Assembly (NCBI RefSeq): GCF_001194135.2
Contig: NC_068992.1
Coordinates: forward strand, 2,932,424 to 2,996,423
Source of the DNA: Octopus bimaculoides
Taxonomy: Eukaryota
Reading direction: 5' to 3'
Length of the DNA: 64,000 bases
Shown piece after piece: positions 12,633 through 24,096 of this stretch. Under the pieces are notes generated by a model. That model searched no databases, was not told where the DNA came from, and saw nothing but the letters and a program-made list of their open reading frames with translations. The first letter of the stretch is position 1. Every line of letters begins with the position of its first letter. The translations under genes were made by a program, and so were the position numbers.

Positions 12633-13082
12633 AGTTCTATATTTAAGAGATGAGGAATTATGTACATTATTTACATTTGACGGATATTTGTCCTCATCTT
12701 GTTTGTTGTTAACACAACGTTTCAGCTGATGTACTCTTAGGCCTTCATCAGGTGTCTTGAGGAAATTTTGAACCTGGGTTCTCATTCCTAAGGTATTTTT
12801 CGATATTATTATTATTTTTATTTTTCAGGTCACTGCCTGGAATTGAACTCGGAATCTTGGGGTTAGTAGCCTGTGCTCTTAACCACTACGCCATATGCCC
12901 GTGACCTGATTAATATTAATAGTAATAATAATAACAACAACAACATCGAAAAATAGCTTAGGAATAAGAACCCAAGTTCGAAATTTCCCCAAGACACCTG
13001 ATGAAGGGTGGAGGGTACGTCAGCCAAAACGTGTTAACAACAAACAAGATGAGGACAAATATCTGTCAAATGTAAATAATGT
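12633..13082 (-). mobile_element. tRNA-headed hammerhead (Penelope pLTR-like) SINE, full copy 12633-12903 (-) plus inverted headless arm 12901-13082 (+)
   Basis: Minus strand: leader cacgggcata, A box TGGCGTAGTGG, B box AGTTCAATTCC, T/A-rich tract, body with CTGATGA..GAAACGTT. The body is repeated in inverted orientation directly 5' of the head. Confidence 0.85.
12711..12756 (-). ncRNA. Minimal type I hammerhead ribozyme motif (best-preserved core; weakened stem II)
   Basis: GACAC CTGATGA A GGCC-taagagtacatc-AGCT GAAA CG TT GTGTT: stem I GACAC/GTGTT, intact core, self-complementary ACGT stem III, GUU cleavage triplet. Confidence 0.7.
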
Positions 13083-13576
13083 CACTACTACTACTACTAC
13101 AGTTGGAGGAATTAGCAGAACTGTCAGTGTCGGTAAAGATGTTGTTGTTCTGGTTCCTTACATGCTGATTTAAAATCCCAAGGTCAAGTTTTCCATTTAT
13201 TTCTCTGGGGTTGATAAAATGAAGTGAAGTTACCGGGGTTTACGTATGGTTTTAAGCCTAAATTAGGAACCATTGTTGTCATTATTTGTGGTGGTGAGGT
13301 CACTGTACCAATAAGACTGTACTAGTCTCATTGAAAATAGCAGTCTCAACCTACAAATTGACCTCCATTTTGTTCTTAGACTATTTTTACACAGCTATTA
13401 TATTTTTGGTTCCACTTTTACCATTTACTTAGTTGATATTGAGATTGTTGTGTGAGAGCAGCCATTACATTTATGTCTGTCAAATCAATACAAAATATAA
13501 AACAATCTGAAAAAGACGGAAGACAAATTGCAAAGAATATCAGTATTTCTTTCTGCCATCTTCCTCTCCTCCTCTT

Positions 13577-13640
13577 TCTACTACTACTGCTACTACTACT
13601 ACTTCTACTACTACTACTGCTATTACTACTACTACTACAA
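13577..13640. repeat. (CTA)n/(CTG) imperfect microsatellite
   Basis: Direct reading; explains the poly-Leu ORF 13452-13685. Confidence 0.95.
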
Positions 13641-15879
13641 TGCTATCATATACTAACTTTGGGATCAATAAGTGAAATTGGATAATGACAGCGGGAATTT
13701 CTCACAAACATGGAAGACGGACTTTAAACGATGATGATGATGGTGATGGTGATGGTGATGGTGATGATGATGATGATGATTTGTGTCTCATGCTGCAGCA
13801 AGACTAATAGTGAATTACTCCAAAGCAAGTTGCGTATGGCAAGTAAAAGTTAGCAAAAGCTAAATGCTAGGTGTTGCTTGCCATTCCTCTTGCAATAATT
13901 AGCAGAAAGAATGAATAATTTATGTAACTGGCAATTTGATATCTCTATTTGAAGTTGAACAGGGAAGAATATTGGTTAACATATTTATGTCCAGCACTTA
14001 TTTTGGAAATTTTTTGTTGTTGTTTTTTTGAGCTGTGCGTGTCTGGAAGCAGATTGTTTATCTGGAAAATGGAATCAATATAATAATTGGTGATTGGTCA
14101 TTAAGGTAAACATGGTTATACTGCCTGTAAGACAAAAAAACCAAAGTTTGTGTGTTTTTATGAAATCTGGTGTTGCGTTCCTTTATGGCTTCAACAATCT
14201 TTTCACAAACTAAGTACCTGCATGAAAGCAGAGACAGGAACAACCATAAAAGAATAGTATTAATTCTCTAAGTTTTTAATTTGAATCGTGTGACACGAAA
14301 TTTATTAGAAAATTGCCAGCTCGACGCCTTTGGTATATTTCTAGGAAATATACCGCGTTTGGTATATTTTTTGGTATATTTCTAGGAAGTATAATTGTTA
14401 TGATGTGCATGTACACATCGGGTGTAACCCTAACCCAAATAAATATTTGGATGTGGTTATCTAGAATAACCTATCGCAGAATTATAGTGTTCACACAGAA
14501 TGCACTCCAGACTACTCAAACATAGGTATGATATTAAACCAATGCTCATCGCACTAACACAGTAACCAATATGGTTGACCAACACTGTCAACTCCCGTTG
14601 ACAGTTCACACAATTCTTTATTTATTGAAATCTGTTAGTTCACATGGGAGTGTACAGGATACTCCCATAACAATAATAGGAAACAAAAAAAAACCCGATC
14701 AGAATACATGTTACATTAGAATCTACAATGTTTGGAAGGCAAGAAACATGATCTGGAACAGGTCTGAGCCAATGACTTGAAATTAAGCTTTAGTATGATG
14801 GGCCTTACTTGTAAACATAGTCCAGGAAGAGAGGACATATGTATAAAGAGTAGGTTTCAAAATACAATAGTTGTGGTCTTTATTTTGGGTCTCATTGCAA
14901 GATAGGCATAGAAATTGTTTAAATGACCATTCCTGTGGTAATAAGAAGGTGACAGAAATAGTTTGGTTACAAACTAGTAGGCAGCCACCCAGTAATTATG
15001 CATCTGCCAACACTTTACAAATTCCAGACCACATGTGTTGTTAAGTGATTGATCAAATTGTCAATTACTTAACACATTTGGTTTTGGTGCAATTAATTAT
15101 TGTTTGCCAAAGTAAACATTTCAAATTTATTTGTCTGTAAAGCTGTTCTGTTTCTGTCTGTATATGTTACGCTGTAGCTATTGAACAAAATGGAGCACAT
15201 ACAGTTTAGATTATTCATAAAACTGGTAAACTATGGGAAGAAATCACAGGCGTCATCTATTGTAGATACAACATTTAGTTTATTTATATGATTCATAAAA
15301 CATATATTTGATAAATAAATATTTTAGATTGGAAATGGTGTATATATATTCTATAATTTAGTCTGTTACTGGTTATTGGATTATGGTCGTGCTGGGGCTA
15401 CAATCCAGTAACCAATATTCTTCAAGCCTTGCCAAACATTAGCCCCAGTACTTATTTTTAAGTCTGTTGCTTGCTTAATCAATGTTTATTTGGTGAACTG
15501 CTCCTGTTACAGTACATAAATATCACCAGCTTGAAGTAACACAACAGATATATATATATATATTATTTAAAGGACACAATACATGTCTTTAAGTGCTATT
15601 AGTAGTTTCATATATACATGTACCCTGGCCTATTCCCCATTTTTTTGTTTTAGGAGGTAGGTAGCCACAACAAGGCACACACCAGACATTCCATTCATTT
15701 CTCTGATATGTAAATAAGAGTTTAAAACAGCATATTAAGAATTTGTTAAAATTGTATCAACTGGTGATAATGCCACGTAAAAAGGTGATAATGCCACTGT
15801 GATGGTGCCACGTAAAAAGCCCTGGGTGTAATGTAAAAAACACCCAGCTGTAGATAACTTCCAAGACCCTCTAGCCCTG

Positions 15880-16420
15880 CAGTACTAGTAGGGTGGAGCA
15901 GTGCTGGTTTGAAACAAGCTCTACAGATATGGAAGTGCTATCAATTAGCCAAATGTCGTCAATATTCATGCAGAGCAATGAAATCGTTCTGCATGTCCTT
16001 ATTCAGTGTCCAAGCAATTCTGATCTGTAGAGTTTTGTCCAGTAGTTGTTGGTGTATGTAGGACAGATATAGCTATTAACCCCATCACTGATGACAATCA
16101 ACTCTCCACTTTTCCTTGGTCAGCAACAGTAAGCAGTTTCCCACTGGCTACAGTGAAAAAGATTGTGTAGTGGACGTGATTGAAAAGACTGAAGACAGAC
16201 ACTTTCCTCTCTGATTGGTTGAACCCTCATCAATCGTTTTAAGTTTTACTTGCAAAGAAAGGTGACAGTGTAGTGAGAGATGCTTTCACCCATCCTCCAG
16301 TGATTTTTTTGCAAAAGATGGATAAGAGTGACGGATATGGCCCATGTGAAAAGGCCTGTTATAAGCATGCATTTGTAGACTGAGAAATGATAGCTGAGTT
16401 GCATATTTCTAGGATTAATA
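15880..16420 (+). pseudogene. L1/Tx1-like LINE 3' fragment (C-terminal zinc-knuckle region)
   Basis: Frameshifted translation gives KCRQY../QSNEIVLHVLIQCPSNSDL*SFV, matching the CxxC...ETxxHxxxxCP motif. Confidence 0.55.
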
Positions 16421-18254
16421 AAATGAAGTATCAGTCTTATTTCTAGGGTTGATTTAATCAACTGATGCCTACCTTCAGAATTACTGGCCTTGCAGCTAAA
16501 TTAGACACCATTATTATTATTATTATTATTATTATTGTAACACCTACCATGAAATCAGTTACACCAAACTTGCCATGAGATAAATAAGCCCCATAAAACT
16601 TCCACAACATGAGTTTATGTTATTTTATAACATTAAGGACCCCCATTAACACTAGCCTAGCTATTAAGAAGGTACAGTTTGACTCTCATTGAGTAAGTTT
16701 TAAACACCACTCAGGAAACTTAGTAGGAACTATTAGAGTTCACACGTATACACACATACACACACATATATATACATATATATATAAATATAAAATAGGA
16801 CCTATAATGGCTAGAATGTTTAAGCCATAACTGACAAGAATTGTTATTCAAGAAATACAATTCTATTAGTAAAGATGACAAAGAAACATTTGGCTAGTTC
16901 TGAATAAAATCCAAAGAGAATCATTCCGCAGCCTCGGATTTAATTATTCTGCTCAAGAATCCTATTAAATTTCCTCTTGTCAATCAAGAGTGATGAGATT
17001 ATTCTTTAAAGCTCAGCTCAGACTATATTTTCTGCCTGCACTTGTTATTTACTTTCATTAATATTAGTTTTCATTCTTAATGAGTGTTGTTGCAATAGCT
17101 TGATTACTTTGATTGTTATTTTCTTTTCTTGGTTTTTCTTCTTTTAAGCCAGCTGAAAGATATAATTTTTGTACGTGACCTAACTAAAATGAGGCTTTAA
17201 ATGTCTTGCAACAGTCAGACTGACTGAAAGTCCATTTGGCAAAATATTCAAATAAATATATTTCAATGCTGCTTCACTTTTTCTACTTTATTTTATTTCT
17301 ATTTTCTTGCTAACTGTTCCTTTTTCACTTCTATTCTAATCGGATTTCCACAAGTTTCATTCACTGCTGAGCTATTACCTGCCATTCCAATTAATGGATT
17401 CTACAAAACTGTATTTGTTGCCAAATGCTTCAACACAGATTTGAAATTCTGCATTGATTCACAAGTCTTCTTTATTTGTTTTGCTGCTGTTTTTCTCTTG
17501 TTGTTGTTTTTCCCCCCACCCCCCACCGCCCCCGCGGCCCTCCATCACTTTATCTTGATAATTAAGTATGTATCAAGTAGCTAGCATAACTTATATAACA
17601 AGCATCAAATGTAAAGTATTTTAATTATCTATAAAGCTTACTTGTAACACCAATATGATTTAGATATTCTTATTTGTAAGGAATAAAACTAATCAGATAC
17701 GTTGGCAAGATGCTGTACTATACATACTGGCAAAATGTTAAATGGTTCATTTTCTACCATGATATAAATATTTTTTTTTCATCTCCCAAGATTTTTTGTA
17801 AATTGGATGAAATTCCTGCTAAACTGTGTCAGAGAGTAAGTGTATTGCAAGTTTTGCTCACACACACTGTCTCAAAATAGTTTCTATATAGATATATGTT
17901 TTCTGTGTGTGTGTGTGTGTGTGTAAAGGAAGAGGCAGTGTGATTTGGGAGTTGAATTTTTTTCTGGCCCTCAGTACTCTGAGTTCAGTTCTTGCCAAGG
18001 TAGCTGTTCCAAAAGTATAACAACCGGGGCATGCATGGAGTACAAACGGTTTGTGTAGCCATTACTTTTACTAGATTACAAAGGCTTTTTCCTTCCGAGT
18101 GACGAGTACATTGTATGATGATTGTGTTCAAACTACATCATGGTAGTAAGACATGGGGCTTGAGTGCAGAATACTTGAAAAGGCCAGAAAGAAGATACAT
18201 AGCAATGAAGAAGACCCAACTTCCCATGGCATGATGTGAAGGTAGTAAAAAAAG

Positions 18255-18365
18255 GTAAAGACCCCCTTCGGTCATGAGTGACCAGGAGATCGCACCTAGA
18301 AAGTTGCCCTCCAAGGCACAAGTTCAGGCAAGGTTGTTTATGGGAGACCAACAGTCCCCCATGCA
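18255..18365 (-). mobile_element. 3' fragment of the tRNA SINE family seen full length at 61267-61604
   Basis: ggtaaagacccccttcggtcatga.tgacca...gcacctagaaagtt...ggcacaagt is shared with 61267 onward. Confidence 0.8.
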
Positions 18366-18369
18366 AACT

Positions 18370-18680
<311 letters not shown>

Positions 18681-20161
18681 TTGGTAGATACATGTGTACA
18701 TAGACACACTCATGCAACAACAAAATGAAAGAAATATGTTGACATTGCTAAAATTAAAATCTTTATCAATTGATTGGTTGTTTCATTAGGACTAGAAGTA
18801 AAATGCAATCAACATTATGTGCAGAAAGTTAAACCTTAATGGAAAGATTTACCATAACATCCTGAGTATTGATTTCATGAAATACATTATCCATCTCCCT
18901 CACTCACACCTACCATACACAAGAAGAAAATACCAACAAAAACATGTGTACAACAGTAACAGCGAACTTGCTTTCACATTTGCTGCGAGATTGATAGCAT
19001 CTTTAACAGTGATTGACATATTTTCTGTCCCCCTAATGTTTCTCCATTGACTCTTGCCAACATAGAATATAGCTGTATTCTTAGAAGATGTGGCAGAGAA
19101 AATTTAAAAGTACATTGTCCAATCAGCATTATTTTCTTCCTTATGGTTCACTAAATTTCTTCGGTTACTGGAGATACCAACTGTGGAATCAATACACTAA
19201 CTGCTTCACTAGAAAGCAAGACACATGACTGATCAATTTGGCAAGTAAATTCAGAAAGTGAAAACAGCTATCAAAAAGTAATACACTTTTATTTATGGCC
19301 ATTTTCTTCATTTTATATAACAATGTATTGGTCAATTGTAATTTTTTCCTCTCAATAAACTGGCCTAACCACAGGAGTATGGGAAATAGTGTAACAATAT
19401 TTTTTTTTGCTATGGAATTTGAATCATTTTAAAGAAACCATCAGTCATTTGTCTTGTGAATTGAAAATTTAGATCAGAGTTTCTTGTTGAAAGAGAATTA
19501 AATCAATTTAAAATGTATTTTCAATCTGATTTCATTAATAATTGATTTGTATAGCAAGAGTTTTTCACATTCATATACTTGGATTTCTTTTTGTGTCAGA
19601 TCTTTAAATGATATTATTTGTTCATTATTGTATATTTAGTTCTTTGGAACATTGCAATGACACTAAGAAATCTCAATTGATTCATATATATATAATGGTA
19701 GTGGATGCTTTCTTTCTTCTAATATCCAGTATCTATCCAAGTTCTTTACTAAAAAAAAAAAAAAAAGACATTGTCTGTAATGAAACACAAATCAAATAAA
19801 AATGCATAATACACGACTTGTTACCACACCAACTTGATCTGCTGAGATGGTTTCATGTTTGAAACAATGTTTTTCTATATAACTGCAAAATCAGAATTAA
19901 ACATCTCAAAATCCACTTTAAATCTCAGCTTAAACTCAAAATTTATTCTATCTGGTTTCATATTTATCAGAATAGAGTCAAAGCCCTACAAACTCAATAG
20001 AATATCCCTTTAGTGACTTAACTAGAGTTGAATTATTCTATCTGATTGGTCAATAAGCAACATAAGAAGGTACTGTTTGTAGCTGAACCTCAATATAATT
20101 TACAGATAGATCAAAATCTATTTTGTGTAGAGTTTGCCCAGCCATTAGGTTTTATCAGTTA

Positions 20162-20752
20162 CTTGTGGATGAGATGCAGTTTGGTTTTGTGCCAGGTAGA
20201 AGCACCACTGATGCCATATTCCTGGTTTGACAACTTCAGGACAAATAACTAGCTAAAGATAAACCCCTATACTTAGCTTTTGTGGACTTGGAGAAAGCCT
20301 ATGACAGGGTCCCCCGATCCCTTATCTGGTGGGCAATGCAGAAACTGGGGATTGATGAATAGCTAATAAGGGCTGTACAGGCCCTATACAGAGAGGCCGT
20401 TAATAAGATTAGGATTGGCAATGAGTATAGTGAAGAATTCCAGGTAGAAGTAGGGTTCCACCAAGGTTCAGCCCTCAGTCCCCTTTTATTCATCATAGTC
20501 CTCCAGGCAATAACAGAGGAATTCAAGACTGGTTGCCCCTGGGAGTTCCTCTATGCTGATGACCTGGCCCTCATAGCAGAATCACTACCGGAACTAGAAA
20601 AGAAATTTCGGGTGTGGAAGCAAGGATTAGAATCAAAAGGCCTTAGAGTCAATGCAGCCAAGACCAAAGTTCTAGTAAGTAGGAAGGCGAACTCATCACA
20701 CAGCCCCTGCTCGATGTGTAGAAAAGGTGTAGGGAGAAACTCCCTAAGGTGG
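20162..20752 (+). pseudogene. RTE-clade LINE reverse-transcriptase fragment (in-frame stops)
   Basis: QFGFVPGRSTTDAIFLV*QLQDK*LAKDKPLYLAFVDLEKAYDRVPR...GFHQGSALSPLLFIIVL...LYADDLALIAES...GLRVNAAKTKVL; three stop codons. Confidence 0.93.
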
Positions 20753-21418
20753 ATATTATTGTGTGTTGAGGCAGACACTTTGATTAGGAAGCAATTATCA
20801 TTTCCTGTTGGTTCTTGACAAAATTATTTAACTAATTAATTTTGCTCTCCCTATCTGTATGGGTTGTTGTATCCCTCAATAGGGTCATTTTCTCATTCTC
20901 TGAGAAACTAAAAGAGTTAAAGCTGTGAAAAGACAGATCCTGTAATCTGTAGACTTCAGGGCTTCCTCTGTTTAGGACATGAAAATGGTTTTTCTTTCCT
21001 CAGGAACCTAGTTAGGTGTTGTCTCTGGTTCTTTTACAATCTTATTAAACCTTATATGTCCCTATTGAATATTTCAACAATAAGTTTTCATCTCATCCTG
21101 ATATCTTCCCATTGTTTATTGTTGTGTCTAGTCTACTTTTTGGTATGGCCTCCATTACTTTTTCTTCAGGTGCTTCCTTCATTGTTTGCAACAATTTTGT
21201 CTATTATATTCTCTACTCTAAAATATCTCAATTTCTTTTGCTATTGGCATTTCTTTGATTTCCACTTATTTTCACCTAATTCTTGATAAAAGTATTTGGT
21301 TCAAAATATTCAAAGACAGTTTCTATGCTATTCATTTTTATTATATTACTGTAGTATTTGTCTCTTTCTCTTTCTCTCTCTCTCATTTTTTTTTCTTTAC
21401 ATCATTTATATCTTTAAG

Positions 21419-21430
21419 GTAATGCTTTCG
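21419..21430 (+). other. Candidate 12-nt micro-exon (GTAATGCTTTCG)
   Basis: Preceded by ~55 nt of pyrimidine-rich sequence ending tctttaag; donor gtaagg. Confidence 0.2.
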
Positions 21431-21595
21431 GTAAGGATTAAGAAATAATTTAACTCATATTTTTGTATGTTTTAATTGTTGTTGTTTCGGTATTTACTTC
21501 TGAGTGGATATTTCTGAGGGCGTTTTCCATTTTCCTTTGTAACTTAATTTATCAATAACTTGGTCAAGTAATGTGTGTTAGTTGATATTTTATAA

Positions 21596-21940
21596 CATCA
21601 TCATCATCCATTTTCCATGCTGGCATGGGTTGGATGGTTTGAGAGGAGCTGACAAGCTGGAGAGTTGCACCAGGCTCCCCAAATGTCTGTTTTGGCAGAG
21701 TTTTTACACTTGGATGCCCTTCCTAATGCCAACCATTTTACAGAGTGTATTGGGTGCTTCTACATGGCACCGGCACCAGTGATTTATATGTGGAACCATG
21801 GCAGGTGCTTTTCACATGGCACTGGCACAGGTGCTCTTTTATGTGACACCAGCACAGGTGCGCTTTTATGTGACACCAGCACAGGTGCGTTTTATGTGGC
21901 TCCAGCAAGGGTGCTTTTTATGTGGTACCAGCACAGGAGC
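21596..21940 (-). mobile_element. RTE-type 3'UTR repeat with internal ~25-27-nt tandem array
   Basis: catcatcatc..ttccatgctggcatgggttgga..ggatgcccttcctaatgccaacca, then about 6 units of ttttatgtgacaccagcacaggtgc. Confidence 0.85.
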
Positions 21941-23649
21941 TTGCAAAACAAGTCCCTCTCAGCTGAGAAAGGGAATGCAACTGAGAGAGTTGGAGAGAAA
22001 GATAGAGAAACAGTCAGAGTGAGAGAGAAAGAAGGGGGCTACCTACAGGAAACAGTGGGAGTAGTATAAGTAGTGCAGTGAGGATAGAGAGAGATTAGAA
22101 AATACCTGTTTATTACCCAAAGTGTTTGGTTATTTGAAGTTACTGTACTGTGTCATTCAAAGACAATTGTTTTACCTTGTGACTACCCATAGGTACCATC
22201 TGATAGGATTTACTTGTAACTGGTATCAGGATTGTCTTTCTTCTGATTATTATTATAATCAAGGTTGAAACTGCAATTCCTGATTGTCTTCTCAGCAAAT
22301 TTTTTAATTAAATTAAAAATATTTCAAAATTATCCAGCCTTTAAAAAAACAGTTTATTTGACTCTGCTGACATAGTACTTAGTAGTCTAACCTCCAATGG
22401 CATAACGCTTGAAATATCTCATAACGCCATTTAACGGTTAAAAATTTGTGAAATTAAACCAGTGCTGAAGATTCAAAAACCATTTTCTAATTAACAAATA
22501 AACAATAAGAAGGACAATGAATCAATAAATGTCACAAACTGAGGAGTAAAAATGGAATCATAAAATGGCTTGTAAAATCATAGCACAAACAATATTTCAA
22601 ATAGAAAATCTTGTTTTGCTTTCCTATCCATGATACTAGATGAGATAACCTGACATTGTCAGCTTCGTAATTCCAAGTAAGCTCAAGTTATTTCTTATTC
22701 TTCACTGCTGATTTCTTAAATATAATTCCTGCACACCTCAGCTGAAACATTGAAACATGTTAATGGATATATCTTTCGCTAAATGCAATTATATTGATGG
22801 CAATAAATAAATTATTTGTCTCTTTCATCCATAAAACTGATTTATCATTTTGAAAATTAAACATCGTCTATACTAAAATTGTAATGCCATCATCATTATC
22901 ATCAGTAGCAGTATCTTTTACATGTTAGCACAAGTTGGACTGATGATGGTATTGGACTTAACTGTCCTTGCTGTCAGTCAGTCAACCAGTAAATGAGTAA
23001 ATGAATCATACATTGCTTTTCCATTCTAAGATGGAATTATCAATCATTACCAAAGTTATTAATCAAGTTGTGATAGTATCATTGAAAGACGTTTTCTTAT
23101 CTTATATTTTCACACATTAGTTTTGTTATTATAATAACATAGGAAATATGTTTTATTGAAATAAGTACTTCAGCTATTATAGTGGATATATTTACTGTTA
23201 GATTCTTTCAGTAGGACAAATGAGAATGATGGCTATTTTCATTAATTAAGGTTTCAGTGAAAAGCAAACCATATTAATATATGTCAGAAGCTGACCAATC
23301 ATGCAGACTGGCATTTTGTCTTTTCTCAATCTATTGATTGGTCCATTTTGATGACACAGAAGCATTGAAGCATATAAATGAGAGATCTAGAATAGAACAA
23401 CGTCCTTATCTGTCAGTGGAATCTCAGTTTTGGAGAGGAAATGACACACCTAGTACTCAAATTTAAATTTTGGTTTCAGGATCAGTTAACACGGGAGCTT
23501 CTGTATGATCACTTGACCTACTAAAAAATAACGGCCAGATCTCCCTAAAAGTGCATTTTGAAATATGGAAGGATACATTGAACAAAAGGATGGGTGGTCA
23601 TTGTTGGAACACCTTTTAATCATAAAGCTGCTCAATCAAAGCTCATGTT

Positions 23650-24096
23650 TCAGAGATGAGGAATTATGTACATTATTTACATTATTTACATTTGATGGAT
23701 ATTTGTCCTCATCTTGTTTGTTGTTAACACAATGTTTTGTCTGATATAACTTCCAGTCTTCATCAGGTGTCTTGGGGAAATTTCGAACCTGGGTTCTCAT
23801 TAATAAAGTATTTTTCGATATTATCATTACTATTATTACTATTATTATTATTCAGGTCACTACCTGGAATCGAACTCAAAATCATGGGGTTAGTAGCCCG
23901 TGCTCTTAACCACAATGCCATATGCCCATGGACAGTGACCTGAATAATAATAACATCAAAAAATACCTTAGGAATGAGAACCCAGGTTCAAAATTTCCCG
24001 AAGACACCTGATGAAGGCTGGAGGGTATATTAGCCAAAACGTAGTGTTAACAACAAACAAGATGAGGACAAATATCCATCAAATGTAAATAATGTA
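23650..24096 (-). mobile_element. tRNA-headed hammerhead SINE, full copy 23650-23930 (-) plus inverted headless arm 23934-24096 (+)
   Basis: Same architecture and nearly the same junction as 12633-13082; candidate TSD aaagctcatgt (23638-23648) / aaagcttgtgt (24096-24106). Confidence 0.85.
24003..24048 (+). ncRNA. Minimal hammerhead motif with G12A substitution (probably inactive)
   Basis: GACAC CTGATGA A GGCTG-gagggtatat-TAGCC AAAA CG TA GTGTT. Confidence 0.6.

Noticed and set aside
12834-12900. tRNA genes at the SINE heads (also 23861-23930, 29650-29720, 35890-35958)
   Set aside because: Acceptor and T stems do not pair properly, the anticodon varies among copies and each is fused to a repeat body; these are SINE heads, not tRNAs.
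14425-14436. Interstitial telomere (TAACCC)2
   Set aside because: Only two units; more likely part of a repeat element.
21760-21940. CRISPR-like array
   Set aside because: Eukaryotic context, tandem units without unique spacers, embedded in a LINE 3'UTR.
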